Of a stretch of DNA of 64,000 bases, positions 51,210 through 59,292 are shown in pieces; position 1 is the stretch's first letter; the number at the start of each line of letters is the position of its first letter. The stretch is from the IMG/VR virus record IMGVR_UViG_3300003877_000001, positions 62,001 through 126,000 of that record; one strand, given 5' to 3'. Below the pieces are notes generated by a model. That model was given only the letters and a program-made list of their open reading frames with translations. It had not been told where the DNA came from and did not search any database. The translations under genes and the position numbers were made by a program.

Positions 51210-51364
51210 TAACTAATGGCAGAGTGGCTTAATGCGGATGTCTAGTTCTATATGATTGATAGAGGGTGAACTTCTTTATCTTTTGCTCATGAACGGAAAC
51301 AATTACCCTGATTACGAGAAGCAAATATCGAAAGGGGTCATAGGTTCGAATCCTATTTAGTTAG
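51210..51364 (+). ncRNA. enlarged tRNA-like RNA with insertion in the anticodon loop
   Basis: TAACTAA/TTAGTTA; TGGCAGAGTGGCTTAATGC; GATGT/ATATC; ATAGG-TTCGAAT-CCTAT. Confidence 0.78.
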
Positions 51365-51397
51365 CAATATTATATCAAACGGATATAATGAAAATAT

Positions 51398-51616
51398 GAG
51401 GATGTGGTGGAAAGGTAAACACGCTTGTTTTAGAATAAGTACAAAGTTCATTTGGGAATAAATAATACTGATGAAGAGATGAATACCATAATGCTTACTG
51501 CTTAGTTGAACCAAGTTACCCTTCGGGATATGTCGGTAAAATAGAAATCGAAATCTAAATGATAGTAGAGGTAAGAGAGAAAGTCTGGTTTGAGGGTTCG
51601 AGTCCTTCCATCTTCA
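51398..51616 (+). ncRNA. 219-nt tRNA-Leu(UAG)-like RNA with giant variable region
   Basis: GAGGATG/CATCTTC+A; TGGTGGAAAGGTAAACAC; CTTG-TTTTAGAA-TAAG; GAGGG-TTCGAGT-CCTTC. Confidence 0.78.
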
Positions 51617-51655
51617 CTAAATTATATCAAACGGATATAATAAAAATTGAAATAT

Positions 51656-52009
51656 GGGGGTAACAGGAATTGACAGGATACGATAGGTAGACGGTGCAAG
51701 TATGAGGAAATTGCTCTACTCATTAAAAATAGGTAATGAACGTTTAAGTGGCGAAGCACTTGCAATGGCAGCATAACCGAAAGGTTTTTGTACCATTCGA
51801 GATACCACCAACTAGGTAGGTGTTCTCATAGATACTGATCACGTAAAGAGATCAAAAAATGTTGTGGAACATAAAACCAAAAAGTCTAATGTAATAAAGT
51901 GTTTGTAAATAAAAAACATAATGACTTAAAAATAATAAACAAACTAAACTTGTGAATGACTTTTTATTTGTAATATAACTGGACAGGAGTTCAAGTCTCC
52001 TTACTTCCA
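51656..52009 (+). ncRNA. ssrA: tmRNA, tag (A)GEALAMAA
   Basis: GGGGGTA..GGAATTGAC 5' end; tag ORF 51750-51776; TAAACTTGTGAA; GGAC-AGGAG-TTCAAGT-CTCCT-TACTTCC-A with G3.U70. Confidence 0.95.
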
Positions 52010-52015
52010 CAATAT

Positions 52016-52112
52016 GGTGATCTATTGGTATCTACACGCCTTTCATCGGGAAGTAGAAGGATAACTTTAATGATGAATATGAGTTATATTGGTTCGAATC
52101 CCCTGATCGCCA
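52016..52112 (+). ncRNA. non-canonical tRNA-like RNA
   Basis: GGTGATC/GATCGCC+A; GG-TTCGAAT-CC; two internal hairpins. Confidence 0.55.
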
Positions 52113-52130
52113 CTTAAATAAAAAACTAAT

Positions 52131-52544
52131 ATGGATATTGAAAAGTTTAAAAGGGATATGAAAGAAGATATGGAAAATCCTGATGGTTTCTTTGCTAGAT
52201 TGGCAAAAAAAAATGCTAATCTTGAGAAAAGATATAATAAATTTGAAAAATGGTTAGAAACAAACGAGTTTGAACCTATTTTCCAAAAATTGCTAGAAAA
52301 AAATGGTGATGAAAGAAGTACATATTGTTTTAATAAAGGACATGAAAAAAATGGTACACCTTTAATGGAATTTCTTTGTGGCTATATAACTACTAGAATT
52401 GAAACTGTTGAAAATGAAAAATTTAGTGGTGATTTTAGTTCTGGTATTTGGTTTTTTAAAGATTATTGGTTTCAATTAATTTGTGGTCAAGGATGTTTTT
52501 GGAAAATATATAATAAAGATTTTGAATGTATTGAACACGTATAG
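52131..52544 (+). CDS. hypothetical protein
   Basis: ORF track; ..GQG.F.. motif. Confidence 0.6.
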   Translation: MDIEKFKRDMKEDMENPDGFFARLAKKNANLEKRYNKFEKWLETNEFEPIFQKLLEKNGDERSTYCFNKGHEKNGTPLMEFLCGYITTRIETVENEKFSGDFSSGIWFFKDYWFQLICGQGCFWKIYNKDFECIEHV

Positions 52545-52613
52545 TGGAGCAATACTTGAAATGGTTAGAAGCCTTAAATGAAAATAGAGAATTAAGAATA
52601 AGATTAAATAAAG

Positions 52614-52811
52614 ATGTTTAATATAGGTTTTTTAATTGATAGATATTGGTGGGATATTAAACATAATAAACCACATAATTCTTTAATTGAAGGAGATACC
52701 TCTACAACAACTAACTTAGGATATTTTAAATTAGTAGATGATGAATATAAATTAACAGAGGAAGGTATTAAAAGTTATAAAAAAATGAGAAGAAATAATG
52801 AGAAAGAATAA
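52614..52811 (+). CDS. hypothetical protein
   Basis: ORF track. Confidence 0.4.
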   Translation: MFNIGFLIDRYWWDIKHNKPHNSLIEGDTSTTTNLGYFKLVDDEYKLTEEGIKSYKKMRRNNEKE

Positions 52812-52855
52812 AATACATAGTGAACGATTATCCACCACTGAAGCAGATTTAAGAT

Positions 52856-52930
52856 GCCAGCGTGGTGGACGTGGGAATACACGACATTTTTAAGCGATGT
52901 TTTTCGAGGGTTCGAGTCCCTCCGTTGGTA
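52856..52930 (+). tRNA. tRNA-Leu(UAA) with short variable loop
   Basis: GCCAGCG/CGTTGGT+A; ACATT-TTTAAGC-GATGT; variable loop TTTTC. Confidence 0.82.
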
Positions 52931-52981
52931 CTAATTTATTTTCGAATAGGCACACATAAAAAAATAAATCTAAAAAAGAAA

Positions 52982-53239
52982 ATGAGTGCAATAAACAACA
53001 GGGAGTATCCTAAATGTATATTTTGTGGAAAATTTTGCTTTAAACATAAAAGAAAATATTGTTCAAGAGATTGTTATAATAAAGACATGGAATTAAATAT
53101 TCCTAAAGTACCTGAATTATTAAAAATGTTTAAAAAATATAAAACATTTGTTAGGGTTGGGAAAGAATTTAATGTAAGTGATAATGCTGTTAGAAAATGG
53201 TGTATTAAATATGGTATATTAGAAATGATTAATAAATAA
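52982..53239 (+). CDS. Zn-finger/HTH protein (homing endonuclease remnant)
   Basis: CIFCG..YCSRDC; VGKEFNVSDNAVRKW; start re-called to MSAIN because the listed start lies in a tRNA. Confidence 0.55.
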   Translation: MSAINNREYPKCIFCGKFCFKHKRKYCSRDCYNKDMELNIPKVPELLKMFKKYKTFVRVGKEFNVSDNAVRKWCIKYGILEMINK

Positions 53240-53245
53240 TATAAA

Positions 53246-53509
53246 ATGAATAAAACAGAAATAAAGAAAGCATTATATAAGCAAAAGCCAAAGGCTGAAT
53301 TTACACATATTAGAAGAGGTATTGCTTATTATAATACAATATTAAGAATAGAAGAAGAACCATATAGTCATTCAGTATTTTTTGAAATACCTGTTGATGA
53401 TATGGGTGATGCAGACTTTGATAAGCAAATGGATGCAAAATTACTTAATCGTTGGATTGTTGATATACTCATTTTAACAAAAAAAGAAGGTGATTTAAAA
53501 ATGCCCTAA
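53246..53509 (+). CDS. conserved phage hypothetical protein
   Basis: EIKKALYKQKPKA...F.IP..DMGDA.F...M.AKLL.RW. Confidence 0.65.
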   Translation: MNKTEIKKALYKQKPKAEFTHIRRGIAYYNTILRIEEEPYSHSVFFEIPVDDMGDADFDKQMDAKLLNRWIVDILILTKKEGDLKMP

Positions 53510-53587
53510 TGGTGAAAAGGTAGACACGGCAGGTTCAAACCCTGTTGCTAATAAACTGGCGTGTAGGTTCGAATCCTACTTAGGGTA
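53503..53587 (+). tRNA. tRNA-Leu(CAA)
   Basis: GCAGG-TTCAAAC-CCTGT; long variable arm; A73. Confidence 0.93.
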
Positions 53588-53588
53588 C

Positions 53589-53906
53589 ATGAATGGAAAA
53601 GATGATATTGTTGGTGCAAAATTTGCTTTAGTTAAAGAAGGTGATTTAGTTGTTCATATGAGTAGGGAATCTTATGATGATTTAATGCATGAAGTTATTG
53701 AAGAGTTAAGAAAACAAATTATGATTAAAGTAAAAGAAGTTACAAAGTATATGGATGGTGGAACAACTAAATATATTGATGAAAAAGGTAATGAATATTT
53801 TAAAGACAATAGATTAGGTACAAAAACTAAAGGTAAAATTTTTGATAAATATCCTAAAGAAGAAGATGCTAAAATATTAGATGTTGAACTTGAAATATTA
53901 TTGTGA
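53589..53906 (+). CDS. hypothetical protein
   Basis: ORF track; DGGT motif. Confidence 0.5.
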   Translation: MNGKDDIVGAKFALVKEGDLVVHMSRESYDDLMHEVIEELRKQIMIKVKEVTKYMDGGTTKYIDEKGNEYFKDNRLGTKTKGKIFDKYPKEEDAKILDVELEILL

Positions 53907-54096
53907 TGAACAAAGACATTTAGTGTGTGTTCCTTATTCAAAAGAGAACCTACATTTGATGGCTGATGATTTAAACATCAAAAGATGTTGGTTTCATAAA
54001 GATCATTATGATATACCTAAAAGAAGAATAAAAGAAATAAGTGCAAAGTGCACAATAATTAATAGTAAAGAAATAGTTAAAATAATAAGAAAATGA
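53881..54096 (+). CDS. DUF4031-like protein
   Basis: HL....LH.MA..L.IKR.WF...HYDI. Confidence 0.65.
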   Translation: MLNLKYYCDEQRHLVCVPYSKENLHLMADDLNIKRCWFHKDHYDIPKRRIKEISAKCTIINSKEIVKIIRK

Positions 54097-54186
54097 ACAG
54101 AATTAACAACATATTTGAAAGTGAACAAGAGATTAATTCTGCTCTAGTGATATAGTATAACGGTCACCGAGCAGACGTAAAACTAT

Positions 54187-54261
54187 GCTCGGTTGGACAA
54201 CGGTAGGTTAAGTCACCACCCTTTCAAGGTGGTATAACGGGTTCGACCCCCGTACCGAGTA
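54187..54261 (+). tRNA. tRNA-Glu(UUC)
   Basis: CCACC-CTTTCAA-GGTGG. Confidence 0.93.
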
Positions 54262-54500
54262 CAAAAATAATAAATTTAAAGAGTCATATTGATTAGTGGG
54301 TTGGGTTTGATTTCGACTGTTACTCTGATCAGGGGTGTTATTAGCGGTTTAAAACGTGAACACATTTGTAAGTATTTGGTAGGTAAGTTCGACTCTTGCT
54401 ACTTATTAACAACACTAATTAATTTAACTTTTAAAATATGATTAGTTATCATATAAAAATATACTTAACTATTAACATATTGGTAGTTATAATGAAATAT

Positions 54501-54586
54501 TGTGAGTTGGAGAAGTTGGTATCTCGCTGGTTTCATAAGCCAGAGTCCCTACGGGGTTTACGGGGGTTCGAATCCCTCACTCGCTA
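54501..54586 (+). tRNA. initiator-like tRNA(CAU) with extra variable hairpin
   Basis: 1:72 mismatch; CTGGT-TTCATAA-GCCAG; variable CCC-TACG-GGG. Confidence 0.85.
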
Positions 54587-54817
54587 CTAAAAAGAATTAA
54601 AAATAAATAAGAAAATTGTAACATATTAAAAATATTTACGTATATTTGTAATATAACAGACAACAAAAGTTCCTATAATTTATATTTGGATAAAAAATAC
54701 TTTTCGTCTGTTTTTTTATAAATTAAAACATAAAGGTAAATGATGTTCCTATAAAACTCAATAGGGGAAACCCTATTTTTACTGTAAATACATCTCACCT
54801 TTTTAAAAAATTAAATT

Positions 54818-56572
54818 ATGAAAACTTTAGAACTATTTAATGCGGTTGTAAAAAAAGATACAAAAGATAATGTTTTTGTATCAGAAGATGGATATATTAT
54901 CGAATCTGGTGCTTTATGGGCAAAAGATAGAATTGTAACCTATTATAATAGTCGTAGATTAAATGGTAATGATTTAAATAAAACATTTCATAAATCATGG
55001 TTAAAAATAAAAAATAGTTCAAGATATGAACTATTGGTTGATCAAATAAAACATTATATATCTACATATGGTAGTGGATTTAAAGATGATGTTTATATCC
55101 CTGATGAAGTATTAGATATTTCAGGATTAAAAATATCATTTAAAGTTGTTAAAGCATATACTAAAGATGAATTAATTGATAAATCATTATCATTACTTCA
55201 ATCTGGTATTGCTTTGAAAGAAGAAACAATAAATGATTTATTATCAATTCTTGTAGATGAACTTGATTATGAATTTACTGGTAAAGAAAATATTCGTAAC
55301 AAAGAAGCAATAATTAAAATTGCAGATATATATGGGGTATTACCAATAGATACTATGGAGTTTTTTAGATATATTATCTATCGTACAACAGGACAATCAT
55401 TATTAATTAAAAATTATAAAATGATTGAATTGATAAAAGATAGTAATTATAATCCATCTGCACAATTTAAGAAATTTGGATTAGAAAAACTTTCTGAAAT
55501 ATTTAATAGATTTAAGCCGTTATTTTTAGCTTTTAAACCTAAATGTAGTGGTACTATTAATAGAATTTCAAAGTTATCTAAAAAATATCATAAGCCACTT
55601 CTTAGTAATCCATTAAATGAAGTAACTTCGGTTACATTTAATGAAGGTGATGATCACTGGTTAGATAATGCAACACCATTTGCTTTATTTAAAGCATTGT
55701 CTGCTTGTTGGACAAGAATGAATGGACAAGATGCTTTTGTATATAGAATTAGAAATGGTAAATCATTTGCTAAGATGAATTCTACTGATGCAGGTATTGC
55801 AGGATATAATTATGGACATATTCTTAATTATATTAAAAATAGATTTGATCTTTCAGGTAAGAAAATATTTCTTCCAGAAGATGTAGAATATGCTTTACCA
55901 ACATCTGAAAAGATGTACGTAGGTAATGTTCCAACAGGAACAAGATTCTATGGTAATGCTCTTGCTGTTGGTATTTATTGGAAAAACTCTTGGGGTGCAA
56001 CTGACCTTGATTTATCTGGTTTGAATATCGGTGGAAAAGTCGGTTGGAATTCAGATTATAAACAAGGTGGATCATTGTATTTCTCTGGTGATATTACCAA
56101 CGCACCTAATGGTGCTGTTGAGTATCTTTATGCAAATAGAGGACTTAGTGAACCAACTTTGGTAATGAATAATGTATTTAGTGGAAACCCTGATTCAGAA
56201 TTCAAGATCATCGTAGGTAAAGGTGATAATATCAATAAGAATTATATGATGAACCCTGAAAAGTTGTTCGTGGATATTAAGACACAATCAGTTCAAACTC
56301 AAAGTGTGTTAGGTATATTTCTTCCAGTTGGTAACGAGAGACAATCTTTTGTTATTTTGAACTTCGGTTCTGGTAGAGAACATATTTCTAGTTATGGTGA
56401 AGTTGCAAATATAACAACAAAGGCACTTTATCAACAATGGAACAATGCACTTACTTTGAGAGAAGTAATTGGAAAATTAGGTGTTGAATTTGTTACTGAT
56501 CCTGAAAAGGCAGATAATGATTTAAGTTTAAATACAATTGAAAAAGATTCTATAATGAATCTTTTTATATAA
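54818..56572 (+). CDS. stress-related protein with C-terminal TerD-like motifs
   Basis: GIYW....DLDLS...GWN....FSGDITNAP.GA.EY. Confidence 0.6.
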   Translation: MKTLELFNAVVKKDTKDNVFVSEDGYIIESGALWAKDRIVTYYNSRRLNGNDLNKTFHKSWLKIKNSSRYELLVDQIKHYISTYGSGFKDDVYIPDEVLDISGLKISFKVVKAYTKDELIDKSLSLLQSGIALKEETINDLLSILVDELDYEFTGKENIRNKEAIIKIADIYGVLPIDTMEFFRYIIYRTTGQSLLIKNYKMIELIKDSNYNPSAQFKKFGLEKLSEIFNRFKPLFLAFKPKCSGTINRISKLSKKYHKPLLSNPLNEVTSVTFNEGDDHWLDNATPFALFKALSACWTRMNGQDAFVYRIRNGKSFAKMNSTDAGIAGYNYGHILNYIKNRFDLSGKKIFLPEDVEYALPTSEKMYVGNVPTGTRFYGNALAVGIYWKNSWGATDLDLSGLNIGGKVGWNSDYKQGGSLYFSGDITNAPNGAVEYLYANRGLSEPTLVMNNVFSGNPDSEFKIIVGKGDNINKNYMMNPEKLFVDIKTQSVQTQSVLGIFLPVGNERQSFVILNFGSGREHISSYGEVANITTKALYQQWNNALTLREVIGKLGVEFVTDPEKADNDLSLNTIEKDSIMNLFI

Positions 56573-56719
56573 ATATTAAAGACGATTAGTAACACGTTGG
56601 CTTCGTGTTGAAATTGTGGGATAACGTGCCTGATAGCTGAAAAGCAAAAAGAACCACCCACTGAAAGGAAAGTTCGCAACTAAACCTGCTTTTCTAGTTT
56701 GAAACGTAAACTAGTATAT

Positions 56720-56803
56720 CGTGAGTTGGAGAAGTGGCATCTCGCTGTCCTCATAAGGTAGAGTCCCTACGGGTTTACGAAGGTTCGAGTCCTTCACTCG
56801 CTA
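56720..56803 (+). tRNA. initiator-like tRNA(CAU) with extra variable hairpin, copy 2
   Basis: C1:U72; CTGTC-CTCATAA-GGTAG; variable CCC-TACG-GG. Confidence 0.85.
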
Positions 56804-57460
56804 CTAAACTATAAGAATATGAAAAATAACATACCGCTTGGAAGCGGAATACATGTTAAATACTGTTACAGGTTCGTTGAGAACTTCACGTTTTTCTATC
56901 TCGTTAATCGAACAAGGTTAATCACCTTTTGCGGATCACGAATAGAATTTATCGGTGATTCCTCTCCCCCTTTATAGTCAAGATACTAATTATACTTGTG
57001 GATGTGCATGTATTAGAATGATATTAAATCATTTTTATGCACGATCCATTTAGAGGTGCTAAATCAAATTTCCAAATAAAGAAGTTTCTTAGAAATAATT
57101 GGAACATTAATCATAAAAAATATAATGTATCAGATAGTTATTATTCCGATTTAGTATTTGATCCAAAGATGGATAGAAAACGTTATTGGTTAGCATATAA
57201 GAAGGGGGATTAATTCTTCTTTCTTTTTAAAAATTTTTAAACTATATTTGTATTATGAGAAGTTTTGATTAAAGCAAAAAAATAATGGATAATACAATTG
57301 GAATATTTTTAATAACAAAGTTGTGAAAGTATGGTTGAAATTGATGGTTAAAAACCATTTCCAGAAGTAGATAAATTTAAATGGGTTGATTTTGATGATG
57401 CATTAGAATTAATTCATGATACACAAGTAATAGCATTAAATGAATATATAAGAAAATAAA

Positions 57461-58108
57461 ATGAAAATATTATTAATTAGTGATAGTCATGGACTACACA
57501 AAGCATGGGAAAAAATCTTCCCCCTCCCTAAAGTTGATATGATAATTCATGCAGGTGATCTAACTAATGTAGGTGCAATTCATGAAATGAATGAATTTAT
57601 GTTTTGGTTTAAGAATCTTGATATTGAATATAAAATAATGATTGCAGGAAATCACGATAAAGGTCTTGATAATTTTAACAGATATACTATGCTTGATATG
57701 ATTCAAGATAGTGAAATCCATTATCTTGAAGATTCTGGAGTAGAGATTGAAGGAATTAAGTTTTGGGGTTCACCTATGACACCACCATTTTTCAATTGGG
57801 CATTTATGCGTGACGAAGAACAAATCAAAAAGCATTGGGATGCAATTCCTGATGATACTGATTTTCTAATCACTCACGGTCCTGCCAATGGTATTTTGGA
57901 TTGGGTTGATTATAAAAATGGTGGAAGTGTAGGGTGTCCTTATCTTCTTGAAACAATTCAAGAAAGAGTGAAGCCTAAATATCATGTATTTGGTCATATA
58001 CATGAGATGTATGGGACTAGAGTAGTTGGTGAGACTACACATATATGTGCATCTGTTTTAGATGGTAGATATCATCCTGTTAGATCAGGCATTATAATTA
58101 ATTTCTGA
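57461..58108 (+). CDS. calcineurin-like metallophosphoesterase
   Basis: SDSH, HAGD, AGNHD, THGP, FGHIHE. Confidence 0.93.
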   Translation: MKILLISDSHGLHKAWEKIFPLPKVDMIIHAGDLTNVGAIHEMNEFMFWFKNLDIEYKIMIAGNHDKGLDNFNRYTMLDMIQDSEIHYLEDSGVEIEGIKFWGSPMTPPFFNWAFMRDEEQIKKHWDAIPDDTDFLITHGPANGILDWVDYKNGGSVGCPYLLETIQERVKPKYHVFGHIHEMYGTRVVGETTHICASVLDGRYHPVRSGIIINF

Positions 58109-58148
58109 ATCTCTTGCAATTGTCAGGAGATTTATGTATTTTTGAATT

Positions 58149-58418
58149 ATGGTAATAGAAAATAACAAAAAAGAAATAAAATTTTTAAAATCACTAGGTT
58201 TTAAAAAAGATGGTTTTGATGATAATTTAGGGGTTTGGTATACAAAAAAAATTAAACATTTCGTTCTAGGTAAATGCCTAATAGATGTCCAAGATTTTCA
58301 AAATAAAGCAATGATTAATATTGATACTATGGACGATAATCAAAATTATGTTACTATAACAGAAAACATACCATATAATAGAGAAAATCTTTTAATGGTA
58401 ATTGGGTTTTTAACATGA
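58149..58418 (+). CDS. hypothetical protein
   Basis: ORF track. Confidence 0.5.
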   Translation: MVIENNKKEIKFLKSLGFKKDGFDDNLGVWYTKKIKHFVLGKCLIDVQDFQNKAMINIDTMDDNQNYVTITENIPYNRENLLMVIGFLT

Positions 58419-58447
58419 GTAAATTTTTAAAAGATAAAGGATGATAT

Positions 58448-58948
58448 ATGTCATTATTATTAAGACATAAACCAGAGAAAGAAGATTTAAATCTTGATTC
58501 TCAAGGTTATGTCTTAGTTGATGAATTAATAAATAAACTTGAAATCACAATTACTGATCTCAAGTGGATTATCGATAATAATGATAAAAAAAGATTTAGT
58601 TTTAATGCTGATGAAACAATGATACGTGCAGCACAAGGACATTCTATTGATGTTGATCTTAAAATGAAAAGAATATTACCACCAGATTTATTATATCATG
58701 GTACTACAATAGCTAATGCTGAAAAAATACATAAGAGTGGTTTAAATAAAATGAATAGAAATCATGTTCATTTAACAGATAATAGAGAAACTGCATATTC
58801 GGTAGGAATGAGATATGCCAAATATCAAAATAAAATTTGGATGATTACTATTGATGCAAAACAATTGAATAAAGATGGTTATGAATTTTATAAATCTGAA
58901 AATGGAATATATTTAACAGAAGAAGTACCTTCAAAATATTTTATTTAA
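58448..58948 (+). CDS. kptA: RNA 2'-phosphotransferase (Tpt1/KptA)
   Basis: LLRH.P, DKKRF, IRAAQGHS, LYHGT, RNHVHL. Confidence 0.93.
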   Translation: MSLLLRHKPEKEDLNLDSQGYVLVDELINKLEITITDLKWIIDNNDKKRFSFNADETMIRAAQGHSIDVDLKMKRILPPDLLYHGTTIANAEKIHKSGLNKMNRNHVHLTDNRETAYSVGMRYAKYQNKIWMITIDAKQLNKDGYEFYKSENGIYLTEEVPSKYFI

Positions 58949-59202
58949 TCTACAATGACAATAGGATATAAATACTTTCTATTAACTCGACCAAAGACCA
59001 TACTATCATTTCTAACTTTAGTATCCCTAATTAATATACCTTCGATAATTGAAATACGATCAATATAAACAATAATACGATGATCACCATCATCATAATA
59101 CCATGCAGAATTAATTGGATATTTATTTGTTTTCTTTAATGTAACACATGAATATGGTAATAATAATAATAATAAAAATAATATGTATTTTTTTAGTTTC
59201 AT
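58945..59202 (-). CDS. putative lipoprotein
   Basis: Signal peptide with lipobox-like YSC. Confidence 0.55.
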   Translation of the reverse strand: MKLKKYILFLLLLLLPYSCVTLKKTNKYPINSAWYYDDGDHRIIVYIDRISIIEGILIRDTKVRNDSMVFGRVNRKYLYPIVIVD

Positions 59203-59292
59203 AAGTTTAGATTATATAAAAATAAATACTTATTTTTCTTATGTAAAATTTTATAAAATGATAAAAAAATATATAATAAAATATAGAATAAA

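Larger units (their letters stand above)
51181..51641 (+). repeat. three copies of ATTATATCAAACGGATATAAT hairpin (51182, 51369, 51621)
   Basis: Exact 21-nt repeat, ATTATATC/GATATAAT stem; partial copy at 50685. Confidence 0.92.

Noticed and set aside
50347-51616. Group I introns in tRNAs
   Set aside because: Inserts are 145 nt or shorter and no P7 core or consistent terminal G could be identified.
51181-51641. CRISPR array
   Set aside because: Only three 21-nt repeats, spacers of 165-230 nt that are tRNA-like, and no cas genes in the window.
56640-56690. RNase P RNA or hammerhead ribozyme (AAGGAAAGTTC, CTGATAG, GAAA)
   Set aside because: No matching P4 3' strand, the region is too short, and the hammerhead core CUGANGA is not intact.
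56818-57459. Fragments resembling a C39 peptidase (QDTNYTCGCAC) and a NUDIX C-terminus (FPEVDKFKW)
   Set aside because: Short frameshifted remnants; too little to annotate with confidence.
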